This document shows, one piece after another, positions 8,790 to 21,482 of a stretch of DNA of 46,888 bases. The stretch lies in the NCBI GenBank assembly GCA_043718025.1, contig JAYSWN010000205.1, forward strand, positions 1 through 46,888, written 5' to 3'. The first letter of the stretch is position 1. Each line of letters begins with the position of its first letter. The notes under the pieces are model-generated. The model was given only the letters and a program-made list of their open reading frames with translations, was not told where the DNA came from and did no database searches. The translations under genes were made by a program, and so were the position numbers. The DNA is from Pseudomonadota bacterium (GTDB lineage: Bacteria; Bdellovibrionota; FAC87; UBA2466).

Positions 8790-9263
8790 ATGGTGAATAA
8801 AAAAATTCGCATTCGACTTCTTTTAGTCCTTTCGCTGTTCGAAGCCTGCTTGCTCGCGCGCGTATGGCAATTTGAAGGCAAAGCTCAAAAGCCGGCGGTG
8901 GGTTTTCTAATCAAGAATGGCTCAAACTTCACTGTGGCTTGGAAGGAACAGAACCGCGATTACCAAACTCGTGATTATGCCCGGCTTCAAGATGCCTTAG
9001 CTTTTGCGCGGCGTGACCTCGATTTGGCAGAGGGCATTAACCCTTTCGGTGAGTATGAGCTTGAGCACGTTTGGAAAAATAACCGCTACGGTAATTCGGT
9101 AGTTCTGTGGAAAGCGTTCAAACAATCCAACGTGAACCAAATTTCGTTCCAAGATGAGAATGAGGCTAACTTCTTTTTACAGGCTTTTCAGCGTGGATCC
9201 TATGCTCCGAGCCTGTTTGGCCATTCCATACTCTTAGTGCCCAACGGAAGTAGCTTTAACTAA
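8790..9263 (+). CDS. Hypothetical exported or membrane-anchored protein
   Basis: 157 aa ORF filling the gap before pepA; basic N-terminus plus hydrophobic segment; no family recognised. Confidence 0.7.
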   Translation: MVNKKIRIRLLLVLSLFEACLLARVWQFEGKAQKPAVGFLIKNGSNFTVAWKEQNRDYQTRDYARLQDALAFARRDLDLAEGINPFGEYELEHVWKNNRYGNSVVLWKAFKQSNVNQISFQDENEANFFLQAFQRGSYAPSLFGHSILLVPNGSSFN

Positions 9264-9397
9264 TTTAATCAATCAGAAACCTGTCGCCAATTACTTCAGG
9301 CGCAGCAAAAGTTCTCATCCTCTATAAGAATATAGTGGGGAAGAACTTTCTCGCTCCAAGGTTGTCAACAAGAGCCGGCTCCTCTACCTTGAGGGAA

Positions 9398-10954
9398 ATG
9401 AAAATCCCTTCGTTAGAACTATCCACTAAACCAAAAGCAAAAACTGACGCCACTGTCTTCGCCTTTTTCCAGAGCGAAAAAGGGAAAGAAAAAGGGGCCG
9501 ACAAAAGGCAGCCCGCGCCTGAGTTTCGCGGCAGCCGCAATGAATTTGTTCAGTCGCTTTTGCAAAAACTTTCGGACTCCCAACATTTTAAGGGGAAAAA
9601 GTCCGAAGTGGAGCTACTCCGTTTTTATGAATCACCGGACGCCCCGAACACTCTGTTACTTGGCTTCGGCTCTTTCGCAAAAGCGAACACAGAAACTTTT
9701 CGCCAAGTTGGCGCGACCCTGGCGGCCGCCCAAAAACGGGCGCGATTGAGTGTGGTTGAATCTGACGTAAGCCACTGGCTGGGCGATTTAGAAAAGGCTG
9801 ATCAGTCGAGGTACCTTCAGGCGTTCTGCGAAGGCTACCTGCTTGCAAGCTACGAGTATCGCGATCTGAAAACGAAAGACGTCGATCCTTACCATATCGA
9901 TGGCCTTTCATTACTGGTTCATGGAAAAGAGGGGCACTGGGCTGAAACCGTTAAAAAGGCCAGGCTACTTGCGGAATCAGTTATGTTGGCACGCCGCCTA
10001 GGCGACTTGCCAGGTAACTACCTTACGCCCACCCACTTTGCGGACGAGGCAAAAAAAGTGGCCTCTGGCGCCGGCTTGAAGAGCCGCGTTCTGGATAAGC
10101 GCGCAATTGAAAAAGAGAAGATGGGATTATTGATGGGCGTGGCTAAAGGCTCAATTGAAGAGCCTCGCTTCATCGTATTGGAGCATAACGGCGGGAAGAA
10201 GTCAGAGGCTCCGGTTGCGATTGTTGGTAAGGGAATCACCTTTGATAGCGGCGGTATTTCCATAAAACCCGCGGGCCAGATGGAAGAGATGAAGTACGAC
10301 ATGATGGGCGCGGCTACCGTTTTAGCGGTAATGCAGGCCGCTGCGAAGTTGAAACTTCCTATCAACTTGGTCGGCATCATTGCGGCCGCGGAAAATATGC
10401 CAGGTGGTCGGGCGCAGAAACCGGGCGACGTAATGACAAGCATGTCAGGGAAAACGGTCGAAATTACCAATACCGACGCCGAGGGTCGTCTCGTCCTGGC
10501 CGACGCCCTAGAATACGTGCAGAAATATCACAACCCCCAAGCCATTTTGGATTTTGCAACGTTAACCGGAGCGGTGATCGTGGCATTGGGTTCGGTAGCT
10601 TCCGGTTTGATGGGCAATCACAAGGAATTGATCGAACGGGTAAAACAGAGCGCCGAAGAGACTTCCGAACGGGTATGGGAGCTGCCTTTGTATGAAGAGT
10701 ACGAAGAAGATCTCAAAAGCGCTTACGCCGACATCCGCAATAGCGGCAGCCGTGACGCGGGTTCGAGTAAAGGTGGAACCTTTCTCAAATTTTTTGTCGA
10801 TGCGAAGTACCCGTGGGTTCATTTTGACATCGCGGGCTCATCCTTTTTAAGAAAGGACCTGAACTACGCTCAGCCCAAAAATGCCTCCGCTGCCACGGTG
10901 CGTCTGATTATTGATTTGCTGGAACATTGGAAGCCATTCAAAAAAGTAGGTTGA
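9398..10954 (+). CDS. pepA: Leucyl aminopeptidase (M17)
   Basis: VGKGITFDSGG, MKYDMMG, NTDAEGRL, ATLTGA, WVHFDIAG. Start placed at ATG 9398 just behind TTGTCA-N17-TACCTT. Confidence 0.95.
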   Translation: MKIPSLELSTKPKAKTDATVFAFFQSEKGKEKGADKRQPAPEFRGSRNEFVQSLLQKLSDSQHFKGKKSEVELLRFYESPDAPNTLLLGFGSFAKANTETFRQVGATLAAAQKRARLSVVESDVSHWLGDLEKADQSRYLQAFCEGYLLASYEYRDLKTKDVDPYHIDGLSLLVHGKEGHWAETVKKARLLAESVMLARRLGDLPGNYLTPTHFADEAKKVASGAGLKSRVLDKRAIEKEKMGLLMGVAKGSIEEPRFIVLEHNGGKKSEAPVAIVGKGITFDSGGISIKPAGQMEEMKYDMMGAATVLAVMQAAAKLKLPINLVGIIAAAENMPGGRAQKPGDVMTSMSGKTVEITNTDAEGRLVLADALEYVQKYHNPQAILDFATLTGAVIVALGSVASGLMGNHKELIERVKQSAEETSERVWELPLYEEYEEDLKSAYADIRNSGSRDAGSSKGGTFLKFFVDAKYPWVHFDIAGSSFLRKDLNYAQPKNASAATVRLIIDLLEHWKPFKKVG

Positions 10955-11030
10955 TGATCTGTTTGTTGGCCCTGGCGATTTCTTAATCACCAAGTCTTAA
11001 TACTTGGGGTCCATAGGATATAATTTTCTT

Positions 11031-11546
11031 ATGGCCCTCACAAAACAGCTATTCACCTGTACGCTATCTCTTTGCCTCATCTTGGCACCCATGGCGGCCT
11101 ACGCCGAAGCCGTAGACGACAAATTTACCCAGATCAGCCCGCAGAGCCGCGGCGGTGGGGATGAGCAAATTCACGGTGCCGGCTACGGAAAAATTCTGAT
11201 GCGCGTCATGGTTTTTGGCGCGGTGCCGAGACAGGGCATTCATTACTTTCCAGAGGGAACCGATCTTCTCTTTGCGCTGCTTTACGCAGGCGGCTATCAG
11301 GATACCACCAAACTGAATGGCATCACCATTCGCCGGCGCAATGCTAAAGAGCTTATCAACATTGATCTGGAAGATTTGGTGGCCGATGGGCTTCCCATTC
11401 CCAAACTGGTGGACGGCGATGTGGTTACTATTCCCTTCAACTGGCGCAAGGGTTACCAAGAAGTGCTGTTCTATACTAGCGTCATTTCAACCATAGGCAC
11501 TTTGCTAATCGGGGTGGCCGCTATCATCACGTCGTCCAAAAAATAA
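11031..11546 (+). CDS. SLBB (beta-grasp) domain exported protein with C-terminal hydrophobic helix
   Basis: Signal peptide ending AYA-EA; VMVFGAVPRQG...ALLYAGG...ITIRR...DGDVVTIP is the SLBB pattern of Wza-like proteins; start placed at ATG 11031. Confidence 0.75.
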   Translation: MALTKQLFTCTLSLCLILAPMAAYAEAVDDKFTQISPQSRGGGDEQIHGAGYGKILMRVMVFGAVPRQGIHYFPEGTDLLFALLYAGGYQDTTKLNGITIRRRNAKELINIDLEDLVADGLPIPKLVDGDVVTIPFNWRKGYQEVLFYTSVISTIGTLLIGVAAIITSSKK

Positions 11547-11580
11547 AAAAAGGCGGAAAGGCCAAGAGCCCTTCCACCTT
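11545..11580 (-). terminator. Intrinsic terminator of groEL
   Basis: Minus strand AAGGTGGAAGGGC-TCTTG-GCCTTTCCGCCTT (G-U pairs) followed by a U tract, between convergent genes. Confidence 0.75.
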
Positions 11581-11625
11581 CAAATTTTTAATCGGCCGGT
11601 CCGATGCCGAGCTCAGAAGATGAAA

Positions 11626-13317
<1,692 letters not shown>

Positions 13318-13328
13318 CTAAAAATAGT

Positions 13329-13616
13329 TTATTCAGTAATCGCGAGAATCTCTTCTTCGCGCATCATCAGGTACTCTTCGCCGGCCACTTTGATTTCAGT
13401 GCCGGAATATTTTCCAAACAGAATCTTATCGCCTTTTTTTACTTCAAGCGGCGAACGAGTTCCGTTTACGAGAACTTTGCCGTTTCCTACGGCAATGACT
13501 TCCCCTTCGGAAGGCTTCTCTTTGGCGTTGTCGGGGATAATGATCCCGCCCTTGGTTTTTTCCTCTTCGGCGAGGCGTTTTACAATGATTCGGTCGTGTA
13601 GGGGGCGAATGTTCAT
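13329..13616 (-). CDS. groES: Co-chaperonin GroES
   Basis: [40 protein letters not shown]; directly upstream of groEL. Confidence 0.99.
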   Translation of the reverse strand: MNIRPLHDRIIVKRLAEEEKTKGGIIIPDNAKEKPSEGEVIAVGNGKVLVNGTRSPLEVKKGDKILFGKYSGTEIKVAGEEYLMMREEEILAITE

Positions 13617-13686
13617 CCCGTTCCTCCAGGGTTCGGTACTAGGTTTAAAATGGTCATAGCGTCTATCATTTTTCCCCCCCCCGTTG

Positions 13687-13995
13687 TCAAGACGCCTTGG
13701 GTTTTGAGGGGTTAGCTGTGGCGCTGGGGCTGGGCGTTTCCGCTTTTACCGCCGGCGCTACCTCGGATTTCGTTTCAGAGGTCTGGCTGGCCCCACTTGG
13801 CGCCGCAGGGGCTGATTTCTTCTTATAGTCGGTGTTGTACCAACCGGTTCCTTTTAAATGAAAAGAGCTCAACGAAATCAGCTTTTTCACCCTCCCGCCA
13901 CAGGTGGGACAGGTTTCCAGCGGGGCGTCGCTCATTTTTTGAACGAGCTCGTGCACAGCCTGGCAGCCGTCACATTCATATTCATAGATAGGCAT
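13687..13995 (-). CDS. FmdB-family zinc-ribbon protein
   Basis: [11 protein letters not shown]...CPTCGG...[13 protein letters not shown] with low-complexity tail; start at ATG 13995 behind GGAG. Confidence 0.9.
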   Translation of the reverse strand: MPIYEYECDGCQAVHELVQKMSDAPLETCPTCGGRVKKLISLSSFHLKGTGWYNTDYKKKSAPAAPSGASQTSETKSEVAPAVKAETPSPSATANPSKPKAS

Positions 13996-14011
13996 TAAAA
14001 TCTCCGCTCGC

Positions 14012-14096
14012 AACATAGGAGCAGAGCAGAAAAGGTCAAGCAATCCGCACTTTTTTAGTGGGCTCCATTTGACTTCGGCCTAATCGCCACCATATT
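14012..14096. promoter_or_regulatory. Divergent promoter pair for fmdB-groES-groEL and dnaK
   Basis: Minus: CTTGAC-N14-TCCTATGT; plus: TTTGAC-N14-CACCATAT. Both resemble the sigma32 consensus CTTGAA-N13/14-CCCCATNT and also fit sigma70 with a 16-nt spacer. Confidence 0.5.
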
Positions 14097-14150
14097 TTGC
14101 TGAGGCCAAGAAAAGTTTTTAAAACGATTTAAGTATCTGTAATTTTTTAG

Positions 14151-16082
<1,932 letters not shown>

Positions 16083-17381
16083 GTGGCATCGACAATCAGT
16101 GAGCTGCGCGGACGTGAAGTCATCGATTCCCGGGGAAACCCCACTTTAGAAGTAGAGTTGACGCTCTCTGACGGTTCTATGGGTAGAGCCATAGTTCCGT
16201 CGGGAGCCTCTCGCGGCGAGCGTGAAGCGCTTGAGTTGAGAGATGAAGACTCCCCCCGCTTTTTAGGGAAGGGCGTGCTTAACGCCATTAAGAAGTTGGA
16301 TGAGACGGTGGCGCCCGCCATTCTTGGCAAAGCGGTTTCGAGTCCGGCCGAGGTGGATCACTGGTTATTGGAACTAGACCCTTCTCCGCAAAAAGAGGCG
16401 CTGGGCGGTAATACGCTTTTGGGCGTTTCTCTCGCCGCAGCTCATGCTTTTTCCATTCATGAAAAAAAGCCTCTGTACCGATGCTTTCAAAGCTGGATGG
16501 GTTTAAGCGACAGTGCGCTGTCGTTGCCCATTCCGTTGATGAATATCATCAACGGCGGTCAACACGCCGACAATGGGCTTGAGATTCAAGAGTTCATGAT
16601 TGTGCCACACGGTTTCGACTCCTTTAGAGAAGCGTTGCGGGCCGGTTGCGAAGTGTTTCAACACCTTAAAAAACGGTTACACAGTCAGAAACTATCGATT
16701 GCAGTTGGCGACGAAGGTGGCTTTGCGCCGCACCTTGCCCGCAACGAAGAGGCTTTGGATGTGATTTGCGATGCCATACAGAAAGCCGGCTACCAGCCCG
16801 GAAAGCAGATTTCACTGGCGCTCGATGTTGCGGCAAGTTCTTTTTATGACAAGTCAGCCAAGGGCTACAAAGTGGCGGACAAACTTGTGGATCGTAACGA
16901 GTGGATCAAGGTTTTGAAAAATTGGATTGAGAGCTACCCACTGGTTAGTGTTGAAGACGGCCTTGATGAAAATGATTGGCAGGGTTGGCACGAATTGACC
17001 GCTCTGGTTGGCGACAAAGTTCAGTTGGTGGGCGACGATCTGTTTGTCACTCAGCCTAATTGGGTGAAAAAGGGAATTAATGAAAAGGCGGCGAATGCCG
17101 TTCTCGTTAAGGTTAACCAAGTAGGAACCTTGGCCGAAACCTTTCAGGTTCTGCGTCAGTGCCGTGAAAACAAGTGGTCGGCCGTGGTGTCCCACCGCTC
17201 GGGTGAAACCGAGGATGTCACCATTGCGCACCTTGCGGTTGGCAGCGGTTGCGGCCAAATAAAAACGGGCTCACTCAGTCGGGGCGAGCGCACCGCTAAA
17301 TATAATGAGCTGTTGCGCATTGAGGACCGGTCTGCGCGAGAAGGTCGCCCACTCGCTTTTTCAAAGCGTTTTAGCGTCTAA
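16083..17381 (+). CDS. eno: Enolase
   Basis: DSRGNPT, PSGAS, NIINGG.HA, QEFMI, GDEGG, VGDDLFVT, SHRSGETED, GQIKTG; GTG start abuts the dnaK stop. Confidence 0.97.
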   Translation: MASTISELRGREVIDSRGNPTLEVELTLSDGSMGRAIVPSGASRGEREALELRDEDSPRFLGKGVLNAIKKLDETVAPAILGKAVSSPAEVDHWLLELDPSPQKEALGGNTLLGVSLAAAHAFSIHEKKPLYRCFQSWMGLSDSALSLPIPLMNIINGGQHADNGLEIQEFMIVPHGFDSFREALRAGCEVFQHLKKRLHSQKLSIAVGDEGGFAPHLARNEEALDVICDAIQKAGYQPGKQISLALDVAASSFYDKSAKGYKVADKLVDRNEWIKVLKNWIESYPLVSVEDGLDENDWQGWHELTALVGDKVQLVGDDLFVTQPNWVKKGINEKAANAVLVKVNQVGTLAETFQVLRQCRENKWSAVVSHRSGETEDVTIAHLAVGSGCGQIKTGSLSRGERTAKYNELLRIEDRSAREGRPLAFSKRFSV

Positions 17382-17393
17382 TTAGCAAAGTTG

Positions 17394-18335
17394 CTATTCG
17401 CCAATATCGTCAGAAAAGGTTGACTCCTCGGGATCAGAATCTTTGTCGTCTGCCGCGGGTAGCAGCGGATCGGCGATTTTTTCGAGCACGATTAGGCGGC
17501 GTTCGTGCGAGGTGAACGGCAACGAGTAGCTGCGATCGGCTTTGAGACGGAAAATATTTTTAAAACGCTTTAGCGTCTCCTGAAGCTCTTCGTCAACCGA
17601 AGGGCCTTTCATTAGAATGAGTTCGCCACCTTTCACCAAACAGGCGCTGGTACGCATCACCGTTTTATCCATGGTCTCTAAGGCACGCGTGATTACCGTT
17701 TGCACTGGGCTCGAAAAACTCCGGCTCACCACTTTGTGGTCGAAAATAGTGGCACCCGATAGCCCCACTTTGCGAATGGATTCATTTAAGAACTCGACCC
17801 GCCGAGGTCTAGGTTCGGCCAGGGTGATCTGGAGTCTGGGGTTTTGGATCATGAGCGGGATGCCGGGGAAGCCGGCTCCCGTCCCAATGTCGAGAATTGG
17901 GGAGATGAGCTTGTGCATCTGACCGACCAGAAGGCAGTCGATGTAGTGCTTGGTGACAATCGTTTCAAATCCAATTAGCCGAGTGAGATCACGGTCATGA
18001 TTGCGTTCGCGCAGCAGGTTGTGGAACGCCCAAAGTTGAGTCAGCGCCTTTTTTTCCAAGCTAATTCCGCTGCGTTTGAGTAAATACTCCAAACCTTCTA
18101 GGCTTGGTCGGGTTTCCGAATGCGTCGCCTGGCCTGGCATAAAAGGAGGCTGCCCGCCCTTGTGGGGATGGTGACGTTTAGAAGGATATCGGGGGCCATT
18201 CCCCTTACCGTTTTTGGGTCGCGGCCCCTTTCCGGGTTTGCGTCCAAGTTGGACGGTGCGGTCGCGACGAGAGCCTTTACCTGCTTGGTCAGCGGGGGAG
18301 GGATTGTTGCCAGGAGTCTTTCGAGGTCGGCGCAT
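17394..18335 (-). CDS. rsmG: 16S rRNA m7G527 methyltransferase RsmG-like, with basic N-terminal extension
   Basis: DLTRL, HYIDCL, LDIGTGAGFPGIPL, ITRAL, MKG, ERRLI motifs of RsmG/GidB. Confidence 0.85.
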   Translation of the reverse strand: MRRPRKTPGNNPSPADQAGKGSRRDRTVQLGRKPGKGPRPKNGKGNGPRYPSKRHHPHKGGQPPFMPGQATHSETRPSLEGLEYLLKRSGISLEKKALTQLWAFHNLLRERNHDRDLTRLIGFETIVTKHYIDCLLVGQMHKLISPILDIGTGAGFPGIPLMIQNPRLQITLAEPRPRRVEFLNESIRKVGLSGATIFDHKVVSRSFSSPVQTVITRALETMDKTVMRTSACLVKGGELILMKGPSVDEELQETLKRFKNIFRLKADRSYSLPFTSHERRLIVLEKIADPLLPAADDKDSDPEESTFSDDIGE

Positions 18336-18376
18336 TGGTCTCCAAAAAGTTGAGAAGAAGGGAGTTAGCTAATTTC

Positions 18377-19045
18377 ATGGGCCATCGTCAAGTAACAGCT
18401 TATCCGGGCCACGGTGAGTCGGCCTTTAGGGTGCTATATGAAGACAATCACGTTATTGGCGTGTTTAAGCCCATTGGCATTCCCTGTCAGCAAGGGCGTG
18501 ATGGCATACCCACTATTCTCGATATCACTAAGGCCCACTTGAAAGAGAAATACAATAAGCCGGGAAATGTCTTTGTGGGGCTGGTTCACCGCCTCGACCA
18601 ACCTGTGTCGGGAGTATTGCTGTTGGCTAAAACGTCGAAAGGCGCCAGTCGGCTGAGCGAACAGTTTCGCACCCGGTCCGTAGAAAAGACCTACCGGGCT
18701 TGGGTTCAGGGGGTACCATCGGTGATTCAGCAAAAGCTAGAACGCGAAGCGCTGGGCGGCGAAAAATCGATGAGTCTCACCTTTAGCGTACACAAAAAGA
18801 AGGCGGCTCATGCCCTTATAGAAATTGCGCTGGGCACCGGCCGTAAACACCAGATTCGTGAGCAGATGGCCGAATTCGGCCATCCGATCGTTGGAGATGT
18901 GAGGTTTGGGGCGAAGCCGATGAATAGAGGAGAAATTCTCCTGGTCTCGCGCAGACTAGAATTTGACCACCCCACCCAAAAAACTCGTCTGGTGTTGGAA
19001 CTACCCGACGAACTTGATTTGGTGACGCTGACGGATCTCGAATGA
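18377..19045 (+). CDS. RluA-family pseudouridine synthase
   Basis: LYEDNH..KP.G, VHRLDQPVSG (catalytic Asp), TGRKHQIR, HPIVGD; start uncertain (ATG 18377 preferred over TTG 18335). Confidence 0.9.
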   Translation: MGHRQVTAYPGHGESAFRVLYEDNHVIGVFKPIGIPCQQGRDGIPTILDITKAHLKEKYNKPGNVFVGLVHRLDQPVSGVLLLAKTSKGASRLSEQFRTRSVEKTYRAWVQGVPSVIQQKLEREALGGEKSMSLTFSVHKKKAAHALIEIALGTGRKHQIREQMAEFGHPIVGDVRFGAKPMNRGEILLVSRRLEFDHPTQKTRLVLELPDELDLVTLTDLE

Positions 19046-20013
19046 ATTTCTTAATCCAACACCTTGAAGTGGCCTGGAAGAAGCGGGCTTCGCTTCGTGA
19101 AGAATTTTTTTTTAGCAAGAGCAACGCCTACCGCCTGTTGAGCGGAGCCGACGAAACGGCGCCGGGTATCATCGTAGAGCAGTACGGCCCGGTATTACTA
19201 TTCCAGATCTGGCCCGACGACTTTGGCTTTTCTGATGCCGATGTGAAAGCGGCTGGTGAATGGCTGATGGCCTTGACCGGGGCGAAAAGTCTTTACTGCA
19301 AAAAATTTGAAAAAGATCGTTCCGGTAAGCCCCCGGACGAAAAATTATATGACGACAAACCGTTGCTCGGTGCCGTGTCTGCCGAGGCGTTTGAAGTGAG
19401 CGAAAACGGAGTGCGTTTTGAGGTTCGCCCGTTTTCAGGCTACATGACCGGCTTGTTTATGGATCAGCGCGAAAACCGCCGGTGGATTGCCTCGCAAGCT
19501 AATGGTAAATCACTTTTGAATTTATTTGCTTACTCCTGCACTTTTTCGGTTGCGGCGGCATTTTACGGCGCCAAAAGCACCACCAACGTAGATCTCTCGG
19601 GAAAGTATCTGACGATGGGAAAAAGAAACTTTGAGATCAACGCTATCCCCCTCACCGAACATCGTTTTTTCGCCGATGACTGCCGTGATTTTTTACGTCG
19701 GCAGCAAAAGCGGGAAGAGCGCTACGACATTGTAGTGTTGGATCCACCGAGTTTCTCCCGCAATGTAAAAAAAGTTTTTAGGCTGGAAGAAGAAGTGCAA
19801 AATCTGGTGACGGCAGCCAGTGCGCTAGTGGCCCCGCAAGGGCATTTTTTCTTTTCCTGCAATTTGAAAGGGTGGGAAGAGCCTGAGTTTATAGCTTTGC
19901 TGCGCGAATCCCTTCCCAATGTGAGTTGGGAAAAGTTACCGGCAATAAAAAAGCCGGTCGACTTTGCAGCCGACCGGCTTATGAAATCTGCACTTTTCAG
20001 GCGAAGGGACTAA
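19042..20013 (+). CDS. RlmI/RlmK-like SAM-dependent rRNA methyltransferase
   Basis: TGLFMDQRENR, LNLFAYSC, NVDLS, YDIVVLDPPSF; overlaps the upstream stop (ATGA). Confidence 0.88.
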   Translation: MNFLIQHLEVAWKKRASLREEFFFSKSNAYRLLSGADETAPGIIVEQYGPVLLFQIWPDDFGFSDADVKAAGEWLMALTGAKSLYCKKFEKDRSGKPPDEKLYDDKPLLGAVSAEAFEVSENGVRFEVRPFSGYMTGLFMDQRENRRWIASQANGKSLLNLFAYSCTFSVAAAFYGAKSTTNVDLSGKYLTMGKRNFEINAIPLTEHRFFADDCRDFLRRQQKREERYDIVVLDPPSFSRNVKKVFRLEEEVQNLVTAASALVAPQGHFFFSCNLKGWEEPEFIALLRESLPNVSWEKLPAIKKPVDFAADRLMKSALFRRRD

Positions 20014-20016
20014 AGC

Positions 20017-20691
20017 TTACGCGAAAAGCGTACGGCCTTCAGGACGCTTCGCCGTGCGCTTCGTAGTACGAAGGCAAACCACGCGGCCGTTCGGTCCAGG
20101 AATCGCACCCTTTACCAGGATAAGATTCTCATCGCCTTTAACGTCGATAATTTTGAGGTTTGGTACGGTGACGTTTTCGTTACCGTAATGACCCGGCATA
20201 CCTTTGTTCTTGAGAACGCGGCCGGGGAAAGTGTTGGATCCGTTGGAACCGCCATGACGGAAGTACTTCGAAGTACCGTGGGTGGCATGCTTACCGTGGA
20301 AGTTTAAACGTTTCATCACACCGGTGAATCCGCGTCCTTTGGTGACGCCAATAACGTCGATAATGTCGCCCGTAGCGAACATTGAAGCCATCAGACGCTG
20401 ACCGGCTTTAAACTGAGTCATGTCCTGATTGTCGTCAAAACGAATTTCACCAAACTGCATGAGCGGAGCAACGCCAGCCTTTTTCAAATGGCCCGACATG
20501 GCTTTACTCATGTTTTGCGGCTTACGCTCATTGATGCCCACCTGAATGGCGGCATAGCCTTCTTTATCCGCTGTTTTTACTTGGGTGATGTGGCAGCCCG
20601 ATGTATCGACGACCGTTACGGCATGTACCATACCGTTTTCGTCGAACACTTGGGTCATGCCCACTTTCTTTCCGAAAATTCCGAGACGCAT
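20017..20691 (-). CDS. rplC: 50S ribosomal protein L3
   Basis: GKKVGMTQVF, GYAAIQVG, KGRGFTGVMKR, PGRVLKNKGMPGHYG, LVKGAIPG; AGGA RBS. Confidence 0.97.
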   Translation of the reverse strand: MRLGIFGKKVGMTQVFDENGMVHAVTVVDTSGCHITQVKTADKEGYAAIQVGINERKPQNMSKAMSGHLKKAGVAPLMQFGEIRFDDNQDMTQFKAGQRLMASMFATGDIIDVIGVTKGRGFTGVMKRLNFHGKHATHGTSKYFRHGGSNGSNTFPGRVLKNKGMPGHYGNENVTVPNLKIIDVKGDENLILVKGAIPGPNGRVVCLRTTKRTAKRPEGRTLFA

Positions 20692-20731
20692 AATTATCCT
20701 ACCTACTGCTAACGCTAGTCTGAAAAGAGGC

Positions 20732-20761
20732 GTTATATCGCTGGGTTGATCGGTGAGGCAA
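20732..20761 (-). promoter_or_regulatory. Sigma70-type promoter for rplC
   Basis: Minus strand TTGCCT-N18-TATAAC about 40 nt upstream of the rplC start. Confidence 0.5.
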
Positions 20762-21089
20762 GGAGAAATTAGCTTATTTTGCGGTGGCGGTCATTTTCTA
20801 AGTTGAATACTTTTGCTCGCCGCGCATTTTTTTACAGAATGTCGCGTTAGGCGTTTTTATGCACGAATTTAGTCACTTAGAGGCAGTCGCTCGTTAACAT
20901 TTAATAACAAATTTGAACGTTATTTTATGAATGAGGTTCCCCTTTGGCGCGCTGTTCCCTAGAAACGTAAATGGGTTGGGGGTTTACTCAAGTTTGCGCT
21001 TCCTATTTTGGGGGAGCAGAAAAAGGAGTAGGCCCCCATTTTTTTGCTCTCCTTAGCTGGTCAAGGAAGAGTGGACGTCGGGCGGGCGC

Positions 21090-21434
21090 TTAGTCTTTTT
21101 TGCGGTCGAAACGTTCTAAAAACTCGCGTTCGGTTTCGGTTGGCTCCGGATCGGAGTCTAAGTCGAGCTCTTGAACAGACTCTTTGAATTTATCTTCGCT
21201 TTCGATGCCTTCTTTGATCTTATCGAGCACTTCTCCGGGGTAGCGCTTAGAAAGCCGGTCCACGTACGCATTAAGCCGGCGTTCGGCTTTGATGTGTTCG
21301 CTGAAGCGAATGGTGCGGTGGTTGGCGATGTAGTGAAGGCGGCAATAGCCGTGAGAAACCGCTTCCTGTTTGCACTCGTCGTGCATGCAGTAACGTTTTT
21401 TTGGTTTTGCTGCCTTCTTGGTAGCGGTCGACAT
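21090..21434 (-). CDS. Small hypothetical protein with C-x4-C-x8-C-x2-H putative zinc site
   Basis: YCMHDECKQEAVSHGYCRLHY followed by a charged helical region; start placed at ATG 21434. Confidence 0.75.
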   Translation of the reverse strand: MSTATKKAAKPKKRYCMHDECKQEAVSHGYCRLHYIANHRTIRFSEHIKAERRLNAYVDRLSKRYPGEVLDKIKEGIESEDKFKESVQELDLDSDPEPTETEREFLERFDRKKD

Positions 21435-21482
21435 GCGTGTACCCCCGTACCTCACGTATCGGTACTTTATGTAAATGATTAA

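Noticed and set aside
9335..9397. Upstream in-frame extensions in the ORF track for pepA (also guaB 22265, galE 4823, fmdB 14043, fusion 26559)
   Set aside because: They overlap promoter-like sequence or neighbouring genes and precede the conserved N-termini, so downstream ATGs were chosen.
14041..14070. GCACTTTTTTAGTG as a CIRCE element
   Set aside because: Does not match TTAGCACTC-N9-GAGTGCTAA in arms or spacing.
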